Shown here piece after piece: positions 9,105 to 18,920 of a stretch of DNA of 64,000 nucleotides. Source of the DNA: Candidatus Cloacimonadales bacterium (GTDB lineage: Bacteria; Cloacimonadota; Cloacimonadia; Cloacimonadales; JAIOQZ01); assembly GCA_963662655.2 (NCBI GenBank), contig CAXXTU010000002.1:1728001-1792000 (forward strand). The letters are read 5' to 3'. Under the pieces are notes generated by a model, which saw only the letters and a list, made by a program, of their open reading frames with translations, was not told the origin of the DNA and did not search any database. The first letter of the stretch is position 1. Every line of letters begins with the position of its first letter. The position numbers and the translations under genes are program-made.

Positions 9105-9953
9105 TCAATTGACCATCATGTCCCCATATCCCCGGTAGTAGGTCTCCCCAACCTTTATATAGTAATACAATCGCAGCAGCTCCCCTGCCTCCGCCTCGAT
9201 ACCCGTTGCGGTAACCGTATGCCACCCCGCGTTTACCTGAGAATCCACGATCCCTCGTACGAGCTCGCCATCCTCATCAATAAGGACGATTACCACCCAG
9301 GCCTGGGAGTTGACAGTGAATCCGATCGTAAACGAATCGTGGAACGAATTGGGGTATGCCGGAAAGACTCTCGGGTAACTCGCCGGCTCTGCGATCTCCC
9401 CGAAATCGATCGAAGCGGGACCTGTTATCTCCGGTGTTTCAACTCCATCCGTGTAGGCGAGTAGCCAGTAGTAATAAATGAAACCCTCGTGCAATCCCTC
9501 ATCCATATAGCTGTACAAATGCGATTCCGTGTAATTTCCGGAAGGAATGATGTCGAACGTGATAGGAATCGATGTCTCATAGGCCGGTTGGAGACTTCTT
9601 CGCAGGTGATACCCAAGCATATTGTTTTCGTAATCGGTTTCCCAGTGTATCGAGCAGTTGTCTTCCGAGAACTGATAGACATAGAACGAATCGACATACA
9701 CATACCGGCCACCGGCATTCACTCCCCGTCCGCTGACCATCTCCATGTGCCAGTCGAGGCTGTCGATCGGAGTCAGGAGATCGCCATCAGCGCCCATGTG
9801 GGTGTAACCATTGAAATCGCCGATGTACGCTTCGAAATCATAGCCATCGATCTCCACCCACTCCTTCTTCTCGGGCGAAGTCGAATCGTCATCGCATCCG
9901 GCAAACATGATCAGCATCACGATGCCGAATATCAAAATTGCACCTTTATTCAT
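9105..9953 (-). CDS. Lipoprotein with Ig-like domain and degenerate FlgD/T9SS-like C-terminal domain
   Basis: FAGC lipobox; WET..ENN.LGYHLRRS...YSY.D...YYYWL; PAYPNSF. Confidence 0.75.
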   Translation of the reverse strand: MNKGAILIFGIVMLIMFAGCDDDSTSPEKKEWVEIDGYDFEAYIGDFNGYTHMGADGDLLTPIDSLDWHMEMVSGRGVNAGGRYVYVDSFYVYQFSEDNCSIHWETDYENNMLGYHLRRSLQPAYETSIPITFDIIPSGNYTESHLYSYMDEGLHEGFIYYYWLLAYTDGVETPEITGPASIDFGEIAEPASYPRVFPAYPNSFHDSFTIGFTVNSQAWVVIVLIDEDGELVRGIVDSQVNAGWHTVTATGIEAEAGELLRLYYYIKVGETYYRGYGDMMVN

Positions 9954-11938
9954 CGCTCATCCTCTTTATATGGATTTCCATAATCAATAACCCTGTGAAT
10001 CTCTCCTGTCTTGTCAAACAATATCCACTCCCCGGATCGCATCCCATTGACGTAATCGCCCTGAAGCTTGCTCCCATCGGGTGTCCACTCTGTCCATCGC
10101 CCCTGACGTAAACCAGCCTCTATATTGCCTTCCGCCACCGGGCTGTTATTGCAGCCGAAGAAACGCCACACACCTTCTCGGTTGCCCAGGTCATACGAAC
10201 CGACAGCATAATTCCCGCCCGGATACTGCTCCAGCCATACGCCGTCCTTAAGGCCCGAACGATACTCGCCCTCCGAAACGATATTCGCCTGACTATCGAA
10301 AAACTGCCAGTGCCCTTCTCGATTTCCATCTCGTATCACTCCCTTCATAACAAGCCTTTGCCCTGCGTCAAACACTCTCAGATTGCCTGAGTGACTCCCG
10401 TTCTTGTATTCTTGCGCATACAAGTTGTCATCACCACGACAACGACTCACCCACCATCCGATGCGCTTCCCCGAATATTCGATTCCATACTCGGACGTCC
10501 CGTCATCAGACGTGGTAAAGAAAAGCCCCTTTGGCTCTCCATTCAAGTAAAGCCCTTTTGTATAGATACCGGTTTCTTCGTCCCAAGATTCGCATAGGCC
10601 GTTCAACCTGCCGTTCTCAATTGTACACAGGCAATACGAGCCATCTTGATCCTGCCGAAAAACGCTCCCTTCAAGAGTCCCCATATCGTACTGCGCAGTC
10701 ATCCGAACTCGTCCATCCCCACTGTAAAACTCAGCAACGCCATCTCGTGAGCCGCTTCGATACGTAACGCGCGAACAAACCGAGCCATCCACACGACACA
10801 CAATTGAAAAGCCCTCTTCCACCGGTAGTTGCTCCTCATCGAGATAAAAATCCTCAAATGGATCGTACATTCGATAGCGATGAACCTCTCTTAATACTCC
10901 TCGTCCATCGTAAATCAGTCTTTCTCCGACTTCCTGTCCATTCGTAAAGTGGCTTTCCCTGCTAAGCGTTCCCTGTTCGTCGAACCATGTCCATTTGCCT
11001 TCACGTAATCCCTTTCGGACATCGCCCTCACACCAGGAGCCGTCCGCAAAATAATCCACCCAGCGCCCGTCGGGGATCCCGCGCTTGTATCCATGCAACC
11101 AATCGAGCTTTCCATCGCTGCCGCGTGCGCTCCAGTTGCCGATCCTCAGATTGTTGTTGAAACTGCCCTGTACCGTTTCGCCTCCGGAATAATAGAAACG
11201 CCACTTGCCTTCCATCTTCCCCTGCTTGTACTCCCCCTCCGAGCGCATCGCGTCGGTGGAATCCCAGCTTGTCCAGTAACCGGTTCGAAGATCGTTGGTG
11301 TACTCACCCTCGAAACGCACGCCCTGCTCGTCCCATTCCTTCCAGATGCCCTGCTTCCGCTCGAAGCGGATAACACCCTCCGAACGCTTCGAACCGTCCG
11401 GGTACCACATAATCCACTTTCCGTCCGCGTAATTGTTGGCGTAAGCGCCCTGACCCTCCGGTTTCCCGTCGGGATACCATTTCTTCCACGCGCCGTTGAG
11501 CTTTCCGTCCACGTAGAAACCTTCGCTACTCATGATACCATTGGGATGCCAGGTAATCCACGCCCCGTCCTGCTTTCCATCCTTGAAAGCTCCCTGGGCC
11601 TGCTTTTCCCCGTTTTCGTGGTAAACCACCACCATCGTATCCACAAACACATCGGGATCGACCGATTCCAGTCGCGTCCGCATCCGCAAACTCCCCGAAC
11701 GATAATAATCGCTCACGAATCCCTTCGGTTTCCCGTCCTCGTATTCGAGCTCACGATAATAGACGCACCCTTCCTCTCGCTTAACCGGCTTCCAGTAGCG
11801 ATCGAACCAGTGAATCCATTTCCCGGTGCGTTTCCCATTCGCATCTAACTGATTCGGAGCCCCGGGAAGCTCTGCATATAGGGCGTACAGGCTGAAAAGC
11901 GCCAGCAGAAGAAAAAGAAATTTCCTTGGTTTCATCAT
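9950..11938 (-). CDS. Secreted MORN-variant repeat protein (YwqK-like repeats)
   Basis: Signal peptide; many EG.Y..GK..G.W..(W/Y)..DG repeats. Confidence 0.85.
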   Translation of the reverse strand: MMKPRKFLFLLLALFSLYALYAELPGAPNQLDANGKRTGKWIHWFDRYWKPVKREEGCVYYRELEYEDGKPKGFVSDYYRSGSLRMRTRLESVDPDVFVDTMVVVYHENGEKQAQGAFKDGKQDGAWITWHPNGIMSSEGFYVDGKLNGAWKKWYPDGKPEGQGAYANNYADGKWIMWYPDGSKRSEGVIRFERKQGIWKEWDEQGVRFEGEYTNDLRTGYWTSWDSTDAMRSEGEYKQGKMEGKWRFYYSGGETVQGSFNNNLRIGNWSARGSDGKLDWLHGYKRGIPDGRWVDYFADGSWCEGDVRKGLREGKWTWFDEQGTLSRESHFTNGQEVGERLIYDGRGVLREVHRYRMYDPFEDFYLDEEQLPVEEGFSIVCRVDGSVCSRVTYRSGSRDGVAEFYSGDGRVRMTAQYDMGTLEGSVFRQDQDGSYCLCTIENGRLNGLCESWDEETGIYTKGLYLNGEPKGLFFTTSDDGTSEYGIEYSGKRIGWWVSRCRGDDNLYAQEYKNGSHSGNLRVFDAGQRLVMKGVIRDGNREGHWQFFDSQANIVSEGEYRSGLKDGVWLEQYPGGNYAVGSYDLGNREGVWRFFGCNNSPVAEGNIEAGLRQGRWTEWTPDGSKLQGDYVNGMRSGEWILFDKTGEIHRVIDYGNPYKEDER

Positions 11939-12051
11939 TGTGATTCTTGATTCATCATTTGTTATTCGTCAAGGAGATTCATTTTCACGCATTCATATCG
12001 TGAGGGGTAGTAACATCGCGAGAGTGAGCAGTTCAATTATGGAATGGCTCG

Positions 12052-12624
12052 TCAGAAGTTCAAGCCGAAGGTCATTTGCCATGCGGCGATATCGACGTAA
12101 TCGCTATCGTTCCAGTAATGTACGTTCTCATTCGGGGTCATGCTTGTCGCGAAATACTTCACTTGCACCTGGAAAACAGAACTCTGGAAGCCAAGAAGAA
12201 AATGGAGCCCGTACGAAGCGCTGGTCTGGGTGCTGCTGCCATCGGTCGTTTCGCCCTTCCACTCGGCATGCTCCCAATGAAAGTAATATCCGGTTCCGAC
12301 CCCCATATAGACATAGGACCAAACGCCACCTTCACGTACCAGGAATGTGGTTGTTAGTGGAATCAAGCGATAGTAGTAATCCATGTCGCCCAGTGCGTTG
12401 TTCCCACTTGACGAACTCTCGCTATAGATATAGTCGATATTGATTTCCGATCCGTAACCTTCTTCTCCCCACTTACGAATCTCCATCCCGAACGAATACG
12501 CGTCGTCGTAGGCATTGTCGAATTGATGCTGCGGAATCAGGTAACCAACGTGAAAACCGACAATCGCCGGTATTTCAACGATAGCAAGGCAGAGAATTAT
12601 CATCGACAGTAGCCGTTTTCTCAT
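12052..12624 (-). CDS. Small outer-membrane beta-barrel protein
   Basis: Signal peptide, alternating aromatic/hydrophobic strands (YVYMGVGTGYY), terminal FGLNF. Confidence 0.75.
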   Translation of the reverse strand: MRKRLLSMIILCLAIVEIPAIVGFHVGYLIPQHQFDNAYDDAYSFGMEIRKWGEEGYGSEINIDYIYSESSSSGNNALGDMDYYYRLIPLTTTFLVREGGVWSYVYMGVGTGYYFHWEHAEWKGETTDGSSTQTSASYGLHFLLGFQSSVFQVQVKYFATSMTPNENVHYWNDSDYVDIAAWQMTFGLNF

Positions 12625-12632
12625 CGATTCCC

Positions 12633-13250
12633 CTATATCATCTCATGGGCGCTTTCTTCCGGCTCTTCCGATTCTTCCTGCTCGTGGACACCAACTTCTT
12701 GCAAATCCACCCTATCGGGAATCAACCGCCAACCGTACGCTGTGTCAATGATTTGTGGAATGGTCAACATGAACTTCTTACCGCTGTATTCGAAACGAAT
12801 CTCCATCCGCTGGACATCCTGATGAAAGAAACGCTGATCAACCGGCGATGCCTTCATGATCGCCCTTTCGACAGCATTCCAATTGATCCGGTAGTTATTC
12901 TCGCCGATGTTCTTCACCGTCCAGAACTCCGTCTCGAACTGATCATCGAGCTGCTGAAGCAACTGAGTTGTCCGGTACACTTGAATATCGTATTCCTTCT
13001 TCTCCTGAGCGCTCAAAGCGGAGTAGTTTTCCTCCAGCTTCTTCATCATGATCATCCTGTGAAGCTGAACCGGCGTAAGTACATTCAGCCGCATCCGATC
13101 GTAATCGCTTGCTGCAATGGCTTCGATGATCGAATCGGCCAACGCCTGACGGGTCGAATTGCGCTTCTCTATCGAGATGTCTTTCGCGGCACATCCGGAG
13201 AGTATCATTACAGCTAAGATCAAATATATAATCGCTTTACCGTTCATCAT
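12633..13250 (-). CDS. Hypothetical lipoprotein
   Basis: LSGC lipobox; operon spacing. Confidence 0.7.
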   Translation of the reverse strand: MMNGKAIIYLILAVMILSGCAAKDISIEKRNSTRQALADSIIEAIAASDYDRMRLNVLTPVQLHRMIMMKKLEENYSALSAQEKKEYDIQVYRTTQLLQQLDDQFETEFWTVKNIGENNYRINWNAVERAIMKASPVDQRFFHQDVQRMEIRFEYSGKKFMLTIPQIIDTAYGWRLIPDRVDLQEVGVHEQEESEEPEESAHEMI

Positions 13251-13633
13251 GGAATCTTCACGTCTTCCTTTTTCCGTTTGAAGAAATACTTCTCGCCAAA
13301 CACGTTGGTGATTTCCATCTCGTCCCGACGCAGGAAGACGTAATCCATACGCTCCACAGGCTTCTCCATCGGGTGGAAGATCATGGTTTTGTAATCGTAC
13401 TGGAAGAAGCCTTTGTTCAGCTCCGATTTCACGTTACCGTCAATGTCCGATTGAACGAGCATGGAATAGGTGCTGTCCGCGTGCAACTCCAGACGAATCA
13501 GGTCGCCGTTTTGCCGGGGACTCGCCCACTCCCAGGTACCGTATATCGTTGTCGAGTCCTGTCGGGAATTCTCTTTTGAGCATGCCCCGAGCAGAATCAT
13601 CGTTACCAGAAACGTAAATAGCCAATACTTCAT
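13247..13633 (-). CDS. Lipocalin-like lipoprotein
   Basis: LGAC lipobox, IYGTW motif; start set at MKYWLF. Confidence 0.65.
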   Translation of the reverse strand: MKYWLFTFLVTMILLGACSKENSRQDSTTIYGTWEWASPRQNGDLIRLELHADSTYSMLVQSDIDGNVKSELNKGFFQYDYKTMIFHPMEKPVERMDYVFLRRDEMEITNVFGEKYFFKRKKEDVKIP

Positions 13634-14091
13634 CAGTATTTCCCAACAACTCCCCGTACCCATTCAACGATGGCGGTTTCATCTTTAAGCGGCGTCTTCA
13701 CACTGATCGTGTCCAGAACCGTAGCGGACGGGAAGAGCGCTTTCATCTGTTCGAGCGTGCGTCCCGGTTTGTCCGCGCATGTGCAGAAGAATGCTACCTT
13801 CTTGCCTGCCATCGGATACGAAGCCCCAAGAGAATTGATCATCGGGGCGGCGTGGCCGGCCCAGACGGGGCCCCCCACAAAGATCAAATCGTACTCGGCG
13901 GGATCGATCGCAAGTGGCTCCATATCGGGTGCCATTTTCATCATCGCTTGAAAACCCGCGATGATCACAGGCTGCAATTTTTTCCCTTTCGGTACAAGCT
14001 TGATCATGTCTCCAGCTGTCACCGAATGAATCACCTCAGCAATCCGCTCTGTTTTTCCTGTAGCAGAGAAATAAAGTACCAGTGTGTTCAT
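13633..14091 (-). CDS. Flavodoxin family protein
   Basis: YFSATGKTERIA, YDLIFVGGPVW, GKKVAFFCT. Confidence 0.88.
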   Translation of the reverse strand: MNTLVLYFSATGKTERIAEVIHSVTAGDMIKLVPKGKKLQPVIIAGFQAMMKMAPDMEPLAIDPAEYDLIFVGGPVWAGHAAPMINSLGASYPMAGKKVAFFCTCADKPGRTLEQMKALFPSATVLDTISVKTPLKDETAIVEWVRGVVGKY

Positions 14092-14243
14092 GTGCAACCT
14101 CCCTGATATACCGGAATTTATGGACGATGATTTTGTTGTCAACCAAAGAGTGACCTCGCTTCATTCTGCCGAAAAAAAAGATTCTTGACATCTTTCGATT
14201 CAAGTGGATACTTAATGTAGATTTACACGACAACAAAGCAGGT

Positions 14244-14771
14244 ATGATGAAAGCGCTCGGAATTGTTTTTTGTATCGTTATGGTATGCTCCGCCTTAGCA
14301 GCCAGCGAACTGAATCCGCTACAGGAAATCGGGGACATCTACTGGGGAATCTCAGCCGACACCCTGAGTAATCGGTATGAGGACTCGGTGATCGATTTCA
14401 ACGACATCGCGATTGTTTGCAACGGGACCTATCAGGAATTTCCAGCGTACATCACCTATATTTTCTACGAAGAGGGCCTGAGCATGGTCACCTTCAACCT
14501 GCAGATTACCGGCGAAGACCGGGATCAATTCTTTACAGCCTACCAACATATCTATTCTCATTTAAAAAATTCTTATGGCCGCCCCATCGAAGATCAAGAA
14601 ATCGGAACAGATATTGCAAATGAACAAGTTTATAATGAAATCAGTAGCGGCCAACGGCAGATCAGCTCGTTCTGGGTTGTCGGCGATACGCGGTTAATAC
14701 TGAGTTTGAAGAAGAGCCGGTTATCCGAATATCCGGTTTCAGTGGTGGTCCTTTACTCACACAATCAGTAA
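14244..14771 (+). CDS. Hypothetical exported protein
   Basis: Signal peptide; first gene of a + strand operon. Confidence 0.7.
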   Translation: MMKALGIVFCIVMVCSALAASELNPLQEIGDIYWGISADTLSNRYEDSVIDFNDIAIVCNGTYQEFPAYITYIFYEEGLSMVTFNLQITGEDRDQFFTAYQHIYSHLKNSYGRPIEDQEIGTDIANEQVYNEISSGQRQISSFWVVGDTRLILSLKKSRLSEYPVSVVVLYSHNQ

Positions 14772-14795
14772 GCGGCATCTGATAAGGAGCGTATT

Positions 14796-15335
14796 ATGAA
14801 ATGGATACTGGCAGGATTGTTGTGCCTTCTTGCGTTAACTTCTCTATTCACGGAAACGATGGTCGTCCATACACAGGAGCAAGATTACTCGTTCGATGTC
14901 GATGATGTTAACATCATTACCATATTTCACGATACCAATATTCTGTCGATCAACACACCGGACGGCGACTTCGATTTTCACATGCTGGACGACATCATAT
15001 CGATCGATTTCGAGGGAACCGCGGTTGATCCCGGACTCGAAGAGATCGGCCAGCACGTCCCCATTCAGTTCTTGAAGAACTATCCGAATCCATTCAATCC
15101 CGAGACAGCCATCCGTTTTTCCACGGGTGTCAGCGCGAAAGTGAACCTCACGATATACAATGTGAAGGGGCAGAAGGTGAAGACGCTGATCAACGAACGC
15201 CTCGACCAGGGAGAGCACTCGATCAAATGGCAGGGAACGGATGAAGTGGGAAAGAAAGTCGGTGGAGGGAACTATTTTTATCGGTTGAAAGTCGGTGATG
15301 AAGTAAAAACTCGTAAAATGCTGCTGCTGAAGTAG
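14796..15335 (+). CDS. Small secreted protein with FlgD/T9SS-like C-terminal sorting domain
   Basis: NYPNPFNPET.I.F...IYNVKGQKVKTL...W.G.D..G..V..G.YFYRL...KMLLLK. Confidence 0.85.
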   Translation: MKWILAGLLCLLALTSLFTETMVVHTQEQDYSFDVDDVNIITIFHDTNILSINTPDGDFDFHMLDDIISIDFEGTAVDPGLEEIGQHVPIQFLKNYPNPFNPETAIRFSTGVSAKVNLTIYNVKGQKVKTLINERLDQGEHSIKWQGTDEVGKKVGGGNYFYRLKVGDEVKTRKMLLLK

Positions 15336-15344
15336 GAGGAAGCC

Positions 15345-16544
15345 ATGAGAAATGCAATGATTGCTCTGATGCTCGCTTTGTGCCTGAGTCTCACCGCTAC
15401 AAGCATGATCATCGAACGCGGAGAGCAGGCGCGTATCATCGTCCCCATCGATAACGTCGACAGTCTTTATTTCGCGAACGAAACAGCCGGCGAACAGGTC
15501 ATGCAACTACGGTTCGAATACCAGGAATCGTTTTCGCCTCTCGGTAATTATTTGATCATGGTCGAACTGATGGATTCATACGGTAATCTTGTGCTCGATG
15601 CTCCACCGGTTACCTTCTCTTTCGTCTACGATCCTCCCGGAGGCGCCAGCATCAACGGGGAAGTTTACACGGTAGACGATTCGCTGACCGTGGATTCAGT
15701 CAACGGCGTTGCCACCGCGCACCTCCTCGGCCATAACGAAAACGGACTCGCCGTATTGCGTGCCGCCGTGGAAAGCAATGGAATGATCATTTCCGAGACC
15801 CATTCTTTCGTGCTGCACTGCGCCCCCGTCGAGAACATCACCATTCAAGCAGGGAACGCGACCTACAATGTGGGTAGCGGCTATTGGGCACTACCCGTCA
15901 GCGCGCTTTGTACGAGTTCCGACGGAGAAAACGCTCAGTACGGCGTGGCAGCCTGGTACTCGATCGCCGATGACGACATCGAATGGTGCAGTATCGTTGC
16001 CGAGACCTATATTGGAAACCATACAACTTACTCGGATTCATTGCAGGGAGTGGCCAGTTCGGTTCTGACGTACGACGGCTCGTACTCCCTCCGGGAAGTG
16101 CCTGTTCGCGTCATGTGCGGTAACTGCGATGTTACCGAATACATCCAGCTTCCTATCGGTGAGCCGCAAGTAGAAGTGCTGCCAGTACCCGGCCATCTGG
16201 ACTGGACTGAAGATAACGTGGATGAATCGCTGGTTGGAGAATTTCTCGTGTCCGTGACCGACGGGCAGGGAAACCCGGTCGATGGAGCCGTTCTTTCTTT
16301 TTCCTCCACCCGAGGTGAGTTCATCGAACCTGAAGAGCAGTATCAGGTACCGGATGAAGAATGGTGGGTCGTTCAAACGGTTAATGGGATATCGTATGCG
16401 AGGATCGAATTTCAGCCGTACGAATGTCCACCGGTTGAGAATCCGCCGAACGAAGTTTTTGTCGAGGTTACAGTCACTTTACTGGAGACTTATGTAACCG
16501 ACATGACCGCATCATTTCTCATCAACTACAACGAGCCGGAATAA
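15345..16544 (+). CDS. Secreted Ig-like (Big_1/invasin-type) protein, paralog 1
   Basis: Signal peptide; VTDGQGNPVDGAVLSFSSTRG; colinear similarity to the next gene. Confidence 0.75.
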   Translation: MRNAMIALMLALCLSLTATSMIIERGEQARIIVPIDNVDSLYFANETAGEQVMQLRFEYQESFSPLGNYLIMVELMDSYGNLVLDAPPVTFSFVYDPPGGASINGEVYTVDDSLTVDSVNGVATAHLLGHNENGLAVLRAAVESNGMIISETHSFVLHCAPVENITIQAGNATYNVGSGYWALPVSALCTSSDGENAQYGVAAWYSIADDDIEWCSIVAETYIGNHTTYSDSLQGVASSVLTYDGSYSLREVPVRVMCGNCDVTEYIQLPIGEPQVEVLPVPGHLDWTEDNVDESLVGEFLVSVTDGQGNPVDGAVLSFSSTRGEFIEPEEQYQVPDEEWWVVQTVNGISYARIEFQPYECPPVENPPNEVFVEVTVTLLETYVTDMTASFLINYNEPE

Positions 16545-16555
16545 TGGAGCAGAAC

Positions 16556-17755
16556 ATGAAACTCACAAGCTGCATAATTCTTCTCATTGCCGTTGTCGCG
16601 CTCTCGGCTGTCAGCATTGTAGTGGAACGGGCAGGGCAACCCAACATCGCCGTATCCACATCCGATATCGTTGATATCAGCTTCACGGATTCCGCTGTGG
16701 GCGTTGAAGTCGGCTCAATCGATTTCTTCAACACCGAACAATACATGACGAGCAATGCGTCGATGACGCTGAATCTTGCAATCCTCGATATCTACGGCAA
16801 CACGGTGGACAACAATCAGAACGTGGATTTCTATTTCGCAATGAGTCCACCAACCGGTGCGAACCTGAACGGTCAGGTTACAGAGCCGCTTGTTCCCGTT
16901 ACCGTAACACCGGATAATGGAATCGCATCGATAACGCTCAACAGCGGCGAGGGCGGTGTCGCGGTCGTCAGCGCAAGCATGACGGATTTTCACGGCAGCG
17001 CGCTCGAGCGATCGCACGTGATTACGATTTACAACTCCGCAGTTACCACCGCGGGAATCGTCAATCTGATGGGGGTTGGAACGAATTACGGCTCCGGTCA
17101 ATGGAGAAGCACCGCTTCAGCGATCTGTTCGTGCGATCAAGGCTTTGCGTCTCCCGACGGCCTCCCCTGCACTTTTTCCATCGTTGATCAGAGCATCGAT
17201 TGGGCAAACATCGAGGGCAACACCGAAACAGGCGCGGAAAACTATCATGGATTCGCCGCTACAGGTTGCGCCTACACGAATCTTGTGTATCATGGAAGCC
17301 ACTCGCTGGAGACCCTCCTTCTTCAGTTCAGCATCCTGGATGTGACCGTGCAGGGAGAGATCGTTCTCCCGCTGAACGGCTCACAGATATCCATGGTGAT
17401 CGATCCGACCAATCCAGCCTGGACGTACGGAATGGATGCAAGCGAACCGGTAATCGCCAACGTTATCATCTACGTCCAGGACGGCCAGGGCTGCGACGTC
17501 TCCCATGCCGAGTTCAGGCTCGCGTCAACCCGAGGAACGTTCATCGAGGCGGAGGAGCAGTACCAGGTTGAAGGCGCGGAAAACAACCGCATCAAGAGCG
17601 TTGACGGAGTTGCGATCGGTCGCCTGCAATTTATCTGGGCAGAATGCCCTCCCGTCGTGCCGCCCCCCAACGAGGTTAACGTGACGGTTTCCGCCATTCT
17701 CGAGTACGACCAATCAACGACGTGCGCCACGCTGAACCTCCTAAATTATAATTGA
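16556..17755 (+). CDS. Secreted Ig-like protein, paralog 2
   Basis: Shares VQDGQG..STRG.FIE.EEQYQV...ECPPV..PPNEV with the upstream gene. Confidence 0.75.
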   Translation: MKLTSCIILLIAVVALSAVSIVVERAGQPNIAVSTSDIVDISFTDSAVGVEVGSIDFFNTEQYMTSNASMTLNLAILDIYGNTVDNNQNVDFYFAMSPPTGANLNGQVTEPLVPVTVTPDNGIASITLNSGEGGVAVVSASMTDFHGSALERSHVITIYNSAVTTAGIVNLMGVGTNYGSGQWRSTASAICSCDQGFASPDGLPCTFSIVDQSIDWANIEGNTETGAENYHGFAATGCAYTNLVYHGSHSLETLLLQFSILDVTVQGEIVLPLNGSQISMVIDPTNPAWTYGMDASEPVIANVIIYVQDGQGCDVSHAEFRLASTRGTFIEAEEQYQVEGAENNRIKSVDGVAIGRLQFIWAECPPVVPPPNEVNVTVSAILEYDQSTTCATLNLLNYN

Positions 17756-17773
17756 CGTATTCAGGCTTGCTAC

Positions 17774-17815
17774 AACAATGTCTTTGGGAGAAAATTTTCT
17801 CCCAAAGACATTGTT
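17774..17815. terminator. Perfect 42-bp palindrome, probable terminator
   Basis: aacaatgtctttgggagaaaa|ttttctcccaaagacattgtt followed by ttt. Confidence 0.7.
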
Positions 17816-17844
17816 TTTAACCTGATAACTCGTACGGAGGAATC

Positions 17845-18153
17845 GTGAGTATCTCGAAAAAATACTTGAAATCCAAATCTATCTGCAAGGTGACATTCAA
17901 GTTACCTCACCAGGCTTGCGGCCCCGCCACTAAAGTCTGCATCGTGGGCGACTTCAACAATTGGGATGTGCAGGCAGACCCCATGTTGAAGCTGAAAAGC
18001 GGCGACTTCAAAATCGTTTTAGACCTCGAGCCGGGTAATTCCTACCAGTATCGCTATCTCATCGATGGCAAGAAGTGGGAGAACGACTGGAAGGCGGACG
18101 AGTATGTCCATTCTCCGTTTGGAAATTGCGAAAATTCGGTTGTGATCATATAA
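17845..18153 (+). CDS. Isoamylase early-set/CBM48-like glycogen-binding protein
   Basis: VGDFNNW...YQYRYLIDG..W.ND; GGAGG RBS. Confidence 0.85.
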   Translation: MSISKKYLKSKSICKVTFKLPHQACGPATKVCIVGDFNNWDVQADPMLKLKSGDFKIVLDLEPGNSYQYRYLIDGKKWENDWKADEYVHSPFGNCENSVVII

Positions 18154-18285
18154 TCCGAAGCGAATAGAATCCTGAAACCTTCAGCGAGAATCTACGCTGC
18201 AAGTCTCTTTATATTTTACTCACGCTTTATTGCGAGTTGTTTATAAATCCCTGATTAACAAAGCATTAGGATTGGCGGAAGTCAA

Positions 18286-18915
18286 ATGAAACATGACATC
18301 GAAGATGTAGTTATTCGTGGAGAGATGGTAGAACTCAAACCTATCCGGGATCGTCATTTCAAGCAGTTCACACAGTGGTATGAGAAAAAGCGCATCCGAA
18401 GGCACCTACTGCGCGACGACCTGCCCGGATTGAGAAACAGCCTGAGGCGCTTTTTGATCAATTACAGGCTCCGACCCATCATACAATCGATCTACCAGTA
18501 CTGGCTGGACAACGGTATCGGCTTCATGATCAAAGTGAGGGACGAGAACATCGGAACGATCTGCGCTTGGGAGATTCAGCCGGGCATCTTCCGGCTGCAA
18601 GTGATGATCGGGCGAAGAAAGCACTGGGGGCAGAAGTTCGGCACCGAAGCGATCCATATCCTCACCCAGTATCTCTTCACCGCACATTCAACCAAAGCGG
18701 TAATATGCGCCGATATCCATCCCCTGAACAAACGCTGCACAAAAGCATTCGCAAACTGCGGATTCTCCCTTTGTAACGATGAGCAGTCGGACGCGTACCG
18801 CGAGATGACCAGGTATCCAAAACACCTGATCAACTACCCCCTCACGGATTCCGGCAAGGAAAGACTTCAAACCTACGAACTCACAGAAGCAATGTGGAAC
18901 GACATCAGAAAGTGA
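18286..18915 (+). CDS. GNAT (RimJ/RimL-like) acetyltransferase
   Basis: IG.RKHWGQKFGTEAI...N....KAF..CGF. Confidence 0.75.
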   Translation: MKHDIEDVVIRGEMVELKPIRDRHFKQFTQWYEKKRIRRHLLRDDLPGLRNSLRRFLINYRLRPIIQSIYQYWLDNGIGFMIKVRDENIGTICAWEIQPGIFRLQVMIGRRKHWGQKFGTEAIHILTQYLFTAHSTKAVICADIHPLNKRCTKAFANCGFSLCNDEQSDAYREMTRYPKHLINYPLTDSGKERLQTYELTEAMWNDIRK

Positions 18916-18920
18916 AAGCC

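Noticed and set aside
8747..9464. ORFs 8747-9037(-) and 8790-9464(+) as repeat proteins
   Set aside because: Open only because the unit is 72 nt (a multiple of 3); no RBS, and one overlaps a real gene antisense.
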